A DNA stretch of 64,000 nt from Mobula hypostoma (Eukaryota). The notes below the pieces were generated by a model that did no database searches, was not told where the DNA came from, and worked only from the letters and a program-made list of their open reading frames with translations. The stretch covers positions 26,724,001 through 26,788,000 of the forward strand of contig NC_086097.1 of the NCBI RefSeq assembly GCF_963921235.1. Direction: 5' to 3'. Position 1 is the stretch's first letter. Every line of letters starts with the position of its first letter. Shown here piece by piece: positions 12,253 through 24,719 of this stretch. A program made the position numbers and the translations under genes.

Positions 12253-13175
12253 CGGAAGCGCAGTGGCTAGTACAACGCTTTACAGTGCCAGTGACTGAGA
12301 ATCAATTCCCGCTGATCAAGCTCTCCCTGTGACTGTGTGGGTTTCCTCACACATTCGAATGGTATGCTGGCATTTATAGCGAGAGGATTCGAGTACAGGA
12401 GCAGGGAGGTACTACTGCAGTTGTACAAGGCCTTGGTGAGACCACACCTGGAGTATTGTGTGCAGTTTTGGTCCCCTAATCTGAGGAAAGACATCTTTGT
12501 CATAGAGGGAGTACAAAGAAGGTTCACCAGATTGATTCCTGGGATGGCAGGACTTTCATATGAAGAATGACTGGATGAATTGGGCTTGTACTCGTTGGAA
12601 TTTAGAAGATTGAGGGAGGATCTGATTGAAACGTATAAGATCCTAAAGGCTAGATGCAGGAAGATTGTTCCTGATGTTGGGGAAGTCCAGAACGAGGGGT
12701 CACAGTTTGAGGATAGAGGGGAAGCCTTTTAGGACCGAGATTAGGAAAAACTTCTTCACACAGAGAGTGGTGAATCTGTGGAATTCTCTGCCACAGGAAA
12801 CTGTTGAGGCCAGTTCATTGGCTATATTTAAGAGGGAGTTAGATATGGCCCTTGTGGCTACGGGGGTCAGGGGGTATGGAGGGAAGGCTGGGGCGGGGTT
12901 CTGAGTTGGATGATCAGCCATGATCATAATAAATTGCGGTGCAGGCTCAAAGGGCCGAATGGCCTACTCCTGCACCTATTTTCTATGTTTCTATGTTTCT
13001 ATTCCAAAGATGCAAGGGTCAGTCAGCATTAGTGAGTTGTGGGCATACTGTGTTAGTGCTGGAAGCATCGCAACACTCACCTTCCTACAGTACATCCTCG
13101 GACTGTGTTGGCCATTGACAAAAAGACGCATTTCATTGTTAGTATCAATGTACATGTGACAAGTAAAGGTAATTT
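12253..13175 (+). mobile_element. tRNA-derived V-SINE-like SINE, split by a CR1
   Basis: A-box-like gcagtggctagtac; core gtgggtttcctc..cacattc|caaagatg resumes at 13001. Confidence 0.7.
12357..13000 (+). mobile_element. Young 5'-truncated CR1 LINE inserted in a SINE
   Basis: TSD attc at 12353-12356 and 13001-13004; (ctatgttt)2 tail; near-identical to 11413-12048. Confidence 0.92.
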
Positions 13176-13533
13176 TTAATCTTGAGAAAATAGAACGTAA
13201 GAAGAACAGTACAGTACAGATCTTTGTGCCACAATGTTGTGCCAACCTAAATAAATCCACTCCACAATCAATCTTACCCTTCCTTCCAACACAGCCCATA
13301 ACCCTACATTTTTCCTACATCCAAGTGCTTGGCCATAACATCGTAATTCCATGTACTAATCCAACTGGAGGTCAGTCAGCACCAATAGAGAAACATCTAA
13401 TTGTTGTTGGAAAATCATCAACTCAATGAAGCATCTACTTCACACTGGCCAAAACTTATTGGTCTTCCAGTTCCAAGAAATGCCCAAAAATGTATTCTGC
13501 CAACTGCCATATCCTGACTGCAGGAGGACGTAC

Positions 13534-13563
13534 GGAGGGCTTCGTCATAGATTGGGACGGCCT
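13534..13563 (-). CDS. Candidate 30-nt microexon of an unidentified host gene
   Basis: Minus strand tactgtgcctttgtag|AGGCCGTCCCAATCTATGACGAAGCCCTCC|gtacgt; frame-preserving; reads (E)AVPIYDEAL or RPSQSMTKPS; lies in a non-repeat island. Confidence 0.4.
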
Positions 13564-13649
13564 CTACAAAGGCACAGTATGGGGTGCTGCTGCCACTGTG
13601 CACAGAGGGGCTGGGCTGTGTGTAACAATTTCTCAAACACTGCATGGAT

Positions 13650-13850
13650 TATAAGACATAGGAGCAGAGTTAGGCCATTCAGCCCATCGAGTCTTCTCCA
13701 CCATCCCACCATGGCTGATTTATTTTCCCTCGCAACCCCATTCTCCTGCCTTCTCCCTGTAACCTTTGACACCCTTACTAATCAAGAACCTATCAACCTT
13801 CACATTAAATATACCCTATGACTTAACCTCCACAGCTATCTGTGGCAATG
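13650..13850 (-). mobile_element. CR1 3' UTR fragment
   Basis: ataagacataggagcagagttaggccattcagcccatcgag is similar to the CR1 3' end at 5635. Confidence 0.75.
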
Positions 13851-14609
13851 TTTTCAAAAAGACAGTGGAAGGCTTTAGATTGCGTGCCACACAGACAGAT
13901 CTTGCCATACATCAGTGCATGAGGTAGTATAGAGCAAAAACAGAATGCAGAATAGAATAATAATAATAATAAGTACTCTATGATCCCGAGTGGGAAATTA
14001 AGATGAATAACATTGCTGCTTCGTAAGAGGATGACACATTGGCTTGATGAAATATTGAATGTACTTATTTGATGATAGAATGAATGTAAAGAAAGACATT
14101 TATTGACAGCATTGTACTTGTGACAGCATCTAATGATGCTATTTCTTGTATATCAGTGACACAGGAGACTGCAGATGCTGGAACCTGGAGCAACAAACAA
14201 TTGCTGGAGGAATGCAGGGGGCCAAGCAACATCAATGGGAGGGAAAGGAAATATCGACATTTCAGGGTGAAACCCTGCGTCAGGTCTCTCAATTGGACAT
14301 TTGACATGACATTTCTGATGGTGGGACACAATGCATTTGACACTCACCTAAAGCTTCGATAATCCCTTTCCTTGCCATTTGCCACCCACTTCACAAAGGC
14401 AGCAGGAGACAACATGGAAAACGGTCCTTTGCCCGAGTGCATTCACATCAACCATCGGCCAAGCTTTTATACTATTTATCCTGTTTTAAAAAATTTGTTC
14501 CACATTCTCTTCCACTCCTCTCAGCTCTGACCACTCACCTACACACTAGAGGAAACTTACAATGTTCAATTGCCAACTCACACATGTTGGAGATGAGGGA
14601 GGAACCCCA

Positions 14610-15100
14610 CCCATCAGATTTCTGTATGGACAATGAACCCGTGTATACTATCTCACTATTTTAATTTTGCCCTTGTTTTGCACTATTTATTTAATTTCTT
14701 TTCATTGTTACCATCAGGAAGGAGGTACAGAAGCCTGACGGTACACATTCAAGGATTCAGGAACAGCTTCTTCCTTTCTGCCATCTGATTTCTGAGGGGA
14801 CATTGAATCTGTAAATACTACCTCGTTACTTACTATTTCCGTTTTTTTGCACTATTTATTTTAACTTGCTTAGTTAATAGACATATATATAGTTATGTAA
14901 TATCTTCTCTATAGTTACTTGCCATGTATTTCATTGTACTGCTGCCGTAAAGTTAACGCATTTCATATTAAAGCTGATTCTGAATTAAATTTAAAAATAT
15001 ATTTCTTACTGTAATTTATAGTTTTTTTTTATTGTATATTGCAATGTTCTGCTGCCGCAAAACAACAGTTTTTATGACAGTGATATTAAACCTGATTTTG
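14610..15100 (+). mobile_element. Nested Rex1/Babar 3' ends
   Basis: ccatcaggaaggaggtacagaagcctga..ggaacagcttcttcc and two ..aaacctgatt-type tails. Confidence 0.7.
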
Positions 15101-15699
15101 ACATAGTCACACGGAGGACGTACAAACTGCCCCTAGGCAGCGCCGGAGGTCTGGACTGAACCTGGGTCTCCAGCACCGTGAGGCAATGGCTCTCCTTGCT
15201 GCATCACTGTTGCAGAGTTGTGTGGGAGGGGGAAGAAAGGGTGTGAAAATAAGTAGTGATGTCCCCTCTAACATCCCTATCCTGAGAATATGGTGAAGGA
15301 AATGGTGGCGTGGCTCCCTGGTGGAAAGTGCAGACCTGCTGACGTAGAGTGATTCTGGAATCAGATTTGGTTGCATCTTGAGTTGTACCATAGTAAGTCT
15401 TCACTCACTCTACAATAAAAGAAAAATCTGGGATCGGATTGGGTGCAAGGGAAGGATTGGAACTAGAATCGGTTTGTGATTATCACACATGTACAATGAG
15501 AGAGGGATGGAGGACGTATGGTGAGGGCAGCACTGGCGTAATGGAAGAGAAGCCCTGTTCTTTGAAGATGCAGGACATCTCAAATGTTCTGGAATGAAAA
15601 GCCTCATCCTGGGAAAAGATGCAGTGGAGAAGGGAACATCATTTTTACAATCGACGTGGTGGGAAGAGGTGTAGTAAAGATAGCTGTGAGAATCAGCTC

Positions 15700-15910
15700 A
15701 CCCTCCCTCACCCACTCACTTTTGCCCTGACCTGGTCTCACCTATCACCCGCCAGCTTGTGCTCCTCCTCCCTCCCACCGTCTTATTCTGGCTTCTCCCT
15801 CCTTTCTTTCCAGTCCTGACGAAGGATCTTGGCCTGAAATATTGACTGTTTATCCCCCTCCACAGATGCTGTCCGACCTACTGAGTTCTTCCAGCATTTT
15901 GTGTGCGTTC
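15700..15910 (+). mobile_element. Penelope terminal repeat with a hammerhead-like motif at 15811-15848
   Basis: cagtc-CTGACGA-agg atcttgg cct-GAAAT-ATT-gactg, followed by cacagatgctg..gagttcttccagc. Confidence 0.7.
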
Positions 15911-16884
15911 CTCCAAAATACAGGGAAAACTTGTCTTGCATACTGATCATACAGATCAGATCATTACACAGTGCATTGATGGAGAGCAAGGTAAAGCAAT
16001 AGCAATGTACAAACGTAACAGAATAAAGTGTAACCGTTACAGAGAAAGTGCAGTGCAGGTAAACAATAAGGTGCAAGATCATAACGAGGCAGATTGTGCA
16101 GTCAAGAGTTCCAACTTAGTGTACTGGGGAGCTATGTCTTTTAACAGTGGGATAGAAGCTGGTGAATTTGATCAGAGTGAATAAGAACCGCACAGCAAGA
16201 ATTAACTTTTTAAGAAGAATATTGCACCAGAAATGATTAAGTGCATCACTTAATGCATGAATAATGCATCTGACTGATACCTAATGCATGGATGTGTGCA
16301 CTAGCCCAGATGACATTAGCAGACAGTATTCATATAAATCTTATAAAATTGCCTGTTTAATATGAGAGCAGGGTGAAACTATTAATTTCTTACGCTAACA
16401 CATTTTAAGTCAAAAACAATATGATACAAACAGCAATATATTTAGCTTGACCCTGCTTTCTTTGGCCACACTGGGCACAGGATGACTGTTGATGCCTCAC
16501 ATAATTAGGAGTGAACCCTGATGCTTTATAATTTAAAACCAAGTGATCTTATGATCACCATGGTAACACTCCTGAGGAAGGCACAACTCTATGTTTGGGT
16601 GCCGAGCAGTCATAGCTCAACAACATGCAGACCTCAGCTGCTGTTAAGAACCAGTATCCCTGGTCCCATATCTCGAATGAGGCAACGAATGGTATGATCA
16701 ATTCAGCTCAGAATCAGATTTGTAATCACTGACAAGGGGCAGCAGTGCAGAGAAATGCAAAAAATTACCACAAGTTGCATAAAGTAATACAAACAAAATA
16801 TGAAAGCAGTACAAAAAGAGAGCAAAAAGGGAGGTAGTGTTCATGGGATCCTGGTCTGTTCAGAAATCTGATGGTGAAGGGGAA

Positions 16885-17265
16885 GTATTTTGTGTCAGTG
16901 TTCACTGTGGAGTACACCAGCAGTACGCCAGAAATTCAGCAGTGTCAGGGGCAGAAGTGAGGGTGTCGTCGCTATTTCTAAGGAGAAGGTGCTTGGGCAG
17001 CTGAAAGGTCTGAAGACAGATATATTCACCTGAATCAGATGGTGTACATCCAAGGGTCTGAAAGAGGTGGCTCAGGAGATTGTGGAAGCATTAGTAATGA
17101 TATTTCAAGAATCACTAGATTCTGGAGGACTGGAAAATTGCAAATGCCTCTCCACTCTTCAAGGGAGGGAGGTAGAAGAAAGGAAACTATAGGCCAGTTA
17201 GCCTGATCTCAATGATTAGGAAGATGTTGGAGTCGATTGTTAAGGATGTGGTTTCGGGATACTAG
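16885..17265 (+). mobile_element. CR1 ORF2 internal fragment
   Basis: Similar to 43100-43495 (YFASVFT..WKIANVTPLFKKG..NY.PVSL). Confidence 0.78.
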
Positions 17266-17943
17266 GTCCTTCAAAAAAATTCCAAGTACAATTTGACTGG
17301 GAGTCTCATGAGGAAGCAATTGGATGACATCTAAATGCTTGTGGGGGTGAGAGAGTGAAGAAAAGGAGAAAGAGTTCATGGGCTTGGATAGGTTTGGAAA
17401 AATAACTCCAGATTTTGGGTACTCAGCAGCTGAAGGTGGCAATGGAACAGAAGTAGCATTTGGACAAGGTCCCAACTGAGGCAGCCAAGTATTAGTTTGT
17501 AGGGCTGGAGATGGGTACGGAGATAAAGAGGGATGTGGTACAGAGGACTGGATTTGAATGCTAGGATGTGAATTGTTAAAGTGCAGGTTTGTCAGACCAG
17601 GAACCAGTGCCTGCAAGCAAGCCAAGAGGGCGATGAGTGAAAGAAACCAGGATTGAGTCAGGACGCAGGAGGCAGTGATTTGTACAGGGTTACTCAGGCT
17701 ATGAGCAAGGTCGGCAGTGGAAAGAGAAATCTGAAAACATTTTAACTGCAGTATGTGTCTCCTCCTTCTTCTTCCTCTCCCCACTCCCTTAGATCACAGC
17801 ACGGAAACAGGGTCATCGGTCCACCTACTGTGCACCAACAAGCACCGATTTATATGAATTCTACTTATCCTGCTTGATCCTCCCCATACTTCATCCTGTT
17901 CTGCTTTCCTAGTTTTGCTACCAAAGTGGATACCTTCATACAT

Positions 17944-18030
17944 CTCCACAATACTGCATCTGTCCTGCATTATATGTCTCCACAATACTGCATCTATCCT
18001 GCATCATATACCTCCACAATACTGCATCTG
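17944..18030. repeat. 34-bp tandem repeat, about 2.6 copies
   Basis: ctccacaatactgcatct(g/a)tcctgcat.. at 17944, 17978 and 18012. Confidence 0.85.
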
Positions 18031-20285
18031 CAACTCACTTGCCCATCCCCTCACCCTCTTCCAATCATCGAACACTGTAGCATAGCAGGTAATCACCCTT
18101 GCTTGAAGTTTAAGATTGAACTTTGATCTGAATTAGAACATCGAACAATACAGCTTGGTGCAGTGTTGTGCCGATTTTTAACCTGCTCCGAGATCAATCT
18201 ACCTTTCCCTCCTACATAGCCCTCCATTTTTCCATCATCCATGGGATATCACCCATCATTTTGGAGTTTCTCTGCATCCTCACCACAACTCACACTCCCA
18301 TCCAGTCTGTGTTGTGTGCAAACATTAAATCCCTACTCTAAATCATTAATATCCGCTGTGAAATATTAACATTCATGTCAGCCATAATCTAAGAAAACGG
18401 CAGAATAAATAGGCTTGAAAGTCGGAATGAATTCCTCCTCCGCCTCCTCTTCAACAAACTCCACTGAAGTTTAATTGCCAAAGCCAACATAAATTTCAAA
18501 TAGAGCCAGTAATTTCTGAATCCCCTCTCAATAACTGCAGTCATCCATCACTTTAATTATAAAGCAGGAGCCCCTTCAAAATGTATATAAGATGAAAGGT
18601 TTCCTTTAAAACAGTTCTTTTCGCAACCTCCAGACAAAGCAATGGTTTTTATAGCCAATAAAGTCCTTCTTGTAATATAAAGACATTTACACATTAAGGT
18701 CTAACAAATGGATATAATCAATTCTAGGTGGGCTTGACAGGGTGGATTCTAAGGAGTAGTTTCCTTTGCGCAGCTTGTCAAAACGTAGGGATCAATGTCA
18801 AGATTGTGAGTCAGGTTATTTAGAAAAGAACAGCACAGGAACAGAACCTTTTGTGCTGAACTAATTAAACTAGCCATTAAACACCTTACTAAACTAATCC
18901 CTTCTAGTCACTGCCCATATTCCTCTATTTTTTGCACAATCACTTCATACAACAGAATTCATCGCTTCTGTGATGTCAGCAACTTCCTATGGGATGCCTG
19001 TTGCTCTAATTACTGTATCTGCACTTGATGTTTCAAGTGAACTGGTAATGGGCTAATCAGAGTATTCAGACTGTTTGTGGCTCGGCTTCGAAGTCAAAGG
19101 GGACCGAGCCAGGTGGTTGGGTAAAAAGCAAATACCTCTGCCGCCCAAAAGCCATCTGGATGTTCGCTAATTTTCTCTTCTCTCAGGGGCTAATTATAAA
19201 CCACAGGGGAAAGTGCAAGTGTTGACTGAATGCAATTGAATAATTGAGGGGGCAGGGGAGTACAAAGCAAGGGCCACAAGGTGAGAGAAAAAGGAAGCAA
19301 GTGCAGAGGAGGGAGGGGGTGACATTTAAACAAATTGGTGAAAGCTGGACATCTGTGCTTAAAAAAATCCAAAGTGCTAAGAAAAGAACAATGTTAAAGA
19401 TTTCAGGTATTAGGTTGATTTGTCACACGTACATTGAGACATACAGTGAAGTGTGCCATTTGCATCGAGGACGTGCTGAGGGCAGCCCACAAGTGTTGCT
19501 GTGCTTCTGCCACCAACACAGGTACATGGAAACATACAGTGAACTGTGTCCTTTGTGTTAACAACCAACAGACCCAGGGATGTGCTGGGGGCAGCCCGCA
19601 AGTGTCGCCACACATTCCAGGGCCAACATCGCATGCCCACAATACAGTGAATTCCAGTTAATTGGGAATATTAGGACCAGCACATTCTAGCCTAATTAAA
19701 TGGCTGCCCCAATTAACCAAAGTTTCATGGAAATAGTTAAAAAGGTATATAAAAAAGAGAAAGTAACAAGTTATGTATTTAAATGAAATACAGAGCAAAT
19801 TAGAACACCAGCAATATTACTGCAATACTATAAGACTGTATATTAGCTCCTAACAGTTATAAATGGATGAATTTATCCAGGGTACACGACTGTGTGCTTT
19901 TGATTGACTGTAAATGAACAAAACCAGCACAGACATCTATTGCAGATAATGAAGTGCCTTCATACGATGCTTTTGACAATTGCATCCTCCAAATCTTCAT
20001 TTTCAATGTAACATTCAAGATGATTATCAATACCTTCAAATTCTTCATAGTGAAATTGTTTCCTTTTCATTCCAAGTCTCAATGCTCGAAACCACTGAGC
20101 ACAGCAGTTCTGAATTGTCTTACTGTTTATTTATCGCCAACTATCAGTGACAAAAATCACTGCTTTTTGAACACAACCACACGCAACTGACACTATTTAA
20201 AAACTGTTTGCTCTAACGGCCACACAAGTACATGTGACTGACACTAGTTAGAAACTGTTTCGACAACAGTCTCCTGTCCCAATTA

Positions 20286-21178
20286 GATTAGATTAGATTA
20301 TGAGGGCACTCAGTCCTCATTAATTGTCATTTAGAAATGCACGCATTAAAAAATGATACAACGCTCCTCCAGAATGATATCACAAGTAAACACAGGACAA
20401 ATCAAGACTAAAACTGACAAAATCACAATTATAACATATAGTTACAGCAGTGCAAAGCAATACCATAATTTGATAAAGAGCAGACCATGGGCACAGTAAA
20501 AAATAGTCTCAAAGTCCCGATAGGCTCATCATCTCACGCAGGCAGCAGAACCTCCAAGCGCCGCCAACTTGCCGACACAGCACCATTGGAAGCACCCGAC
20601 CGCAGCGGACTCTGGGTCCGTCCGAAAACTTCGAGCCTCTGACCAGCCCCTCCGACACAGCCTCTCCGTGCACCATCCTCTGCCGAGCACTTCGACCCCG
20701 CCCCGGCCGCCAATATGTAATATTGACGTGACTCGGACACCGCCGTAGATTGAACAACCACGTTTATTCACCAGACTTCCATTTTTATACTTTTTCCACG
20801 TCCTGACGTCATACACACTCTGACGCTACGAATACTCACACAATACATTATGTCCCCCTTCTCAAGATTTTTTTTACAACACTGAATTACCAAAACAATG
20901 CCTCTAGGTATGCCCTTCTTACAGTGCAACAACCATGACAAGCAAAGCCGAGGACTCGGGGTCTTCTCCTCTGGAGATTCTGGACCACACAGTAGCAGCA
21001 GCAGCAGCGAAGCAGGCATTTCAGAAGTTTCACCAGATGTTCCTCCATGCTCTCACGTCCGTCTCCATCAAATCAGGATTGTGCACGGCACCCTACTTGA
21101 CAAATAACAGACAACACCACTGGAGTGGCCGCTGTGAGCTGCGTCGCGTCGCCATCTTCTCCTCCCGCCTTAGTTGGC
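20286..21178 (-). mobile_element. GC-rich non-autonomous retroposon with a (taatc)n tail
   Basis: Absent from the 1616-2420 paralog; 5' end ggaggagaagatggcgacgcgacgcagc; 3' tail of gatta repeats on the plus strand; apparent atta TSD. Confidence 0.75.
20716..20935 (-). mobile_element. LTR-retrotransposon 3' fragment: polypurine tract plus a short (~135-bp) LTR
   Basis: Minus strand gagaaggggga-cataatgtattg..TATAAAA..AATAAA..aatattaCA. Confidence 0.55.
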
Positions 21179-21399
21179 ATTAAGCGGCATAATGTCCCAA
21201 ATAAAGGGAATTCTGGCTATTTTCTCGATTAGTTTTTGTTCTTTAGGAGTTCTCCCAAATAAGCGGCAGCCCCGATTAACTGAAGGTCCAATTTTCCAGA
21301 ATTTACTGTACTCAGCAGAACAACACAAAACAGAACAAAACGGAACGTACCAAGCAACAACAGTGAAACAAGCCCCCTTCCTCCCTCCCTAATGCCCAG

Positions 21400-21890
21400 T
21401 TGTCCACACGGCCCTTAACCCTCCAAGCCCCTCCCCTCCACATACCCACCCAAATGCCTCTTAAATGTTGCAATTGTACCCGCTTCGATCACTTCAGGCG
21501 GCTCATTCCAGGACTTCGCTCACTTTGTGTAAAGAAGTTACCCCTCAGGTCTCAATTAATCTCTCCCCTCTTATCTTATATCTGTGCTCTCTCGTTTTGG
21601 ACTCCACAACCTTGGGAAAAGATTATGAATGTTCACCTTATTCATACCCCTCATAATTTTATAAACATCCTATGAGGTCACCCCTCAGGGAATAGAGATT
21701 CAGTGTGAGTGAACTCTCCTTGTAACTCAGACTCTCTAGATGAGGCAACATCATCATAAATATCTCCTGCACCCTCTCTAACTTGACAATATCTTTCCAA
21801 TAACACGGTGACAAAAAGTGTACACATGTGTGGTCTCACCAATGAATTATTTAACTGCGACATAATAACTCTACTTCTAAGCTCAAATCC
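21400..21890 (-). mobile_element. Degenerate CR1 3' part
   Basis: LVRPHMCT..; ctcttaaatgttgcaattgtacccgcttc. Confidence 0.65.
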
Positions 21891-22269
21891 TAAATTTTTT
21901 TAATATATAGAAAACCTCTAGCCCATGTCATCTCTTATGATAGTTTCATTCACCTGAGATGGTGAAAGAGCCTACATAGCACACAACTCACTAACCCTAA
22001 TCTGTATTTCATTGGAATGTGGGAGGAAACTGAGCACCCAGAGGAAACTCACGTGGTCATGGGGAGAATGTCCAAACTTCTTAGAGACAGCAGTGGGAAT
22101 TGAACCTCAAATGCTGGCTCTGTTATGTGATACAATGGAAGATATTTCATAGGAGCACACAACACTGAAACAGCCAGACAAGGTACATAGCAGTTAAACA
22201 ATGTTCAAAGTAAATTTATTATCAAAGTACGTATATGTTTCCATATGAAGTTGAAGATTCAGTTGCACA

Positions 22270-23615
22270 GGGAGGAACTGAGGCTCAGGTCTTGGAGTTT
22301 AGTGATGAGTTTCTAGGGAATTATAGCGTTGAATGCTGAGCTGTAGTCAATGAAGGCCATCCTAATAAATTCATCTTCACTGTCCAGATGCTCCAGTGCT
22401 GAGTGAACAGCCAAAGAAATATCATCCATTGGTAACCTGCTGTAATGGTAGACAAATTGCTACCAAAATAAGAAGCTATTAAAACAAGGTTCTGGCTTCC
22501 CTGATGTTCAAGGTCCCATGGCATAATTTTGAAGTACAGTATTGTAGTCCTTCCCAGTGTCCTAGATAATATTCATCCCTCAATCAGTTCTCTGGTTATC
22601 AATGCATCACCATTTGTGGAGTGCACAAACTGGTCCTTGCTCTTCCATTATTAAAACAGTGGCTTCACTACAAAAGTACTTGCAATTTTGTAAAATGCAA
22701 GGCCTTTCTTCCTTTTGTAAACATGCCAGAGAGTAAGGGTAATACAGAATGAGGGGCCTTGTATGCCCAGTCCATCACAGGTAAAGCCATCTCCACAATT
22801 GAGAGTACTTGGAGTGCTGCCACAAGAAAGCAGGATCCATCATCAAAGAACCCCATCATCCAGGCCATGCCTTCTCCTTGCTACTACCACTGGGAAGGAG
22901 GTACAGAATACTTTAGCTTCTACACCACCAGATTCAGGAATAGGGTAACCATCAGGCTCTTGAACTGGCATGGATAAATTCACTCAACACTACTCTGAAC
23001 CATTCTACAACCTACAGACTCTTCAAAGACTCTTCACATCTCATTACTTTTATTTGCTTATTTGTCTTCTTTTGCACATTGGTTGTTCAAAGTACAGTAA
23101 ATGCATTGCCAAAGTACATATATGTCACCATATACAACCCTGAGATTTATTCTCTTGTGGGCAAACACAGTAAATCCAAGAAGCACATTAGAATCAATGA
23201 AAGACAGCACCCAACAGGATGGGCAAACAACCAATGTGCAAAAGACAACAAACTGTGCAAATATAAAAACAATAAGCAAAAAATATCAAGAATATGAGAT
23301 GAAAGGTCCATAAATTGAGGGGCAAGTGATGTTGAGTGAAGTTATCTCCTCTGGTTCAAGAGCCTGATGGTTGAGGGGTAATAACTCTTCCTGAACCTGG
23401 TGGTGTGAGTCCTGAGGATCCTTCTTCCTGAGAGCAGAGGTGAGAAGAGTGCATAGTCTGGATGGTGTTGTTTGTCAGCCTTTGTCTGCTTATGTATAGC
23501 TTTTTGTAAAAAATTATTATATTTCCTATTTCCTAGTAAATGTCTGCAAGAAAATCTCAAGGTAGCATATGGTAACATACACTACTCTGATAATACATTT
23601 ATTTTGAACTTTTGA
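22270..23615. mobile_element. Cluster of Rex1/Babar fragments in both orientations
   Basis: AQSITGKAISTIE (+); HHPDYALFSPLLSG..RTHTTRFRKSYYPSTIRLLN (-); RT fragment at 22320-22450 (-). Confidence 0.7.
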
Positions 23616-24719
23616 CATTGAGCAAAATTGCACCACACAAAATCAAGTACTTTTCACACTTGTATCCTGCCTATTAAACTGTTGACAAGGAGAGAGGCTT
23701 GACTGCTCCAATAACAGGTTACCCTTGTCTTCCTTTGATCTACTGTTCCACTTTTATTTCATTCATTGAATTATGCATCTCCAAAGGAGACTGAAGAGGT
23801 CCTTGTTGTACTAACCAATTCATAAGCAAATTGCTTGAAATAGCAGAGCACCCGGAACAAATTGAGGGTCTTAATGGTATTTCTAACACAAGTACTTACA
23901 TCTGATTTCAAGTGCTATTCTCAAGGCAATGAAATTTGCACTGTTCCAGCTGAAATCTGGTATCAGGCATATTCTTAGGCACAATGGAGCTCAGGTTTAA
24001 GAACTGATTGAAGAATACATGTTTAACCCAAAAGATATATTGTGGTTACATGTGTGTTAGAGCGGGGTAAGGGGTTTTCACTCTTAGCCACATTGGGCGA
24101 TAACTAATAATGAGTGAATGACTATTATGTCTTGCCCAATTTTGACTGCGTCTTTCAAACTGTTTATTGTCTTACACACCAGGATGCAATGCAATTCCTT
24201 GCTCATGTGAACCTCACAGGCTACACAATAAGATCTTATACACTGTTACGTTAACCACTACGCCACCATGCTATCCGTGCCCAAGGTGAAATCCACAAGG
24301 ATGACGCCAGGATCTGAGGATGCGAGTTATAGGGAAGGTTGAATAGATCAGGACTTTATTCCTTGGAGGGTAGGAGAATGAGGGGAGATTTAATAGAGGT
24401 ATACAAAACTATGAGGGGTAGACATAGGGCAAATGCCAGCAGGCTTCTTCCACTGAGGTTGGGAACTTCTTCACTCAAACAGTGATGCGTGTGTGGAACG
24501 AGCTGCCAGTGAAAGTGGTGAATATGGGTTCAATTGTGACATTTAAAAGAAGTTTGGATAAGTAAGACCATAAGATATAGGACAGACATAGGCCATTCTG
24601 CCCATTGAGTCTGTGCTACCTTTTCATCATGGCTGATTTATTATCCCTCTTAACACCACTAAAAGAGTGGAGTGACGTTTATAATTTTTCTAGTCCTCCG
24701 GAACCATTCCAGAATCATC

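Larger units (their letters stand above)
19645..21308. mobile_element. Tigger/pogo-like non-autonomous DNA transposon, second copy, with an internal insertion
   Basis: TA-cagtgaattccagttaattggg ... ccaattttccagaatttactg-TA; colinear with 1616-2420 outside 20286-21178. Confidence 0.85.
19405..21400 (-). mobile_element. SINE (partly duplicated) hosting a DNA transposon
   Basis: tgtgctgggggcagcccgcaagtgtcgcca..gcatgcccacaa|TA..TA|ctcagcagaacaacac. Confidence 0.65.

Noticed and set aside
13426..13821. 131-aa Cys-rich plus-strand ORF
   Set aside because: Runs into a CR1 3' UTR and has no recognisable domain; the minus-strand microexon explains the island better
17209..17784. 191-aa minus-strand ORF
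   Set aside because: No recognisable domain; spans degenerate repeat sequence and the antisense of a CR1 fragment
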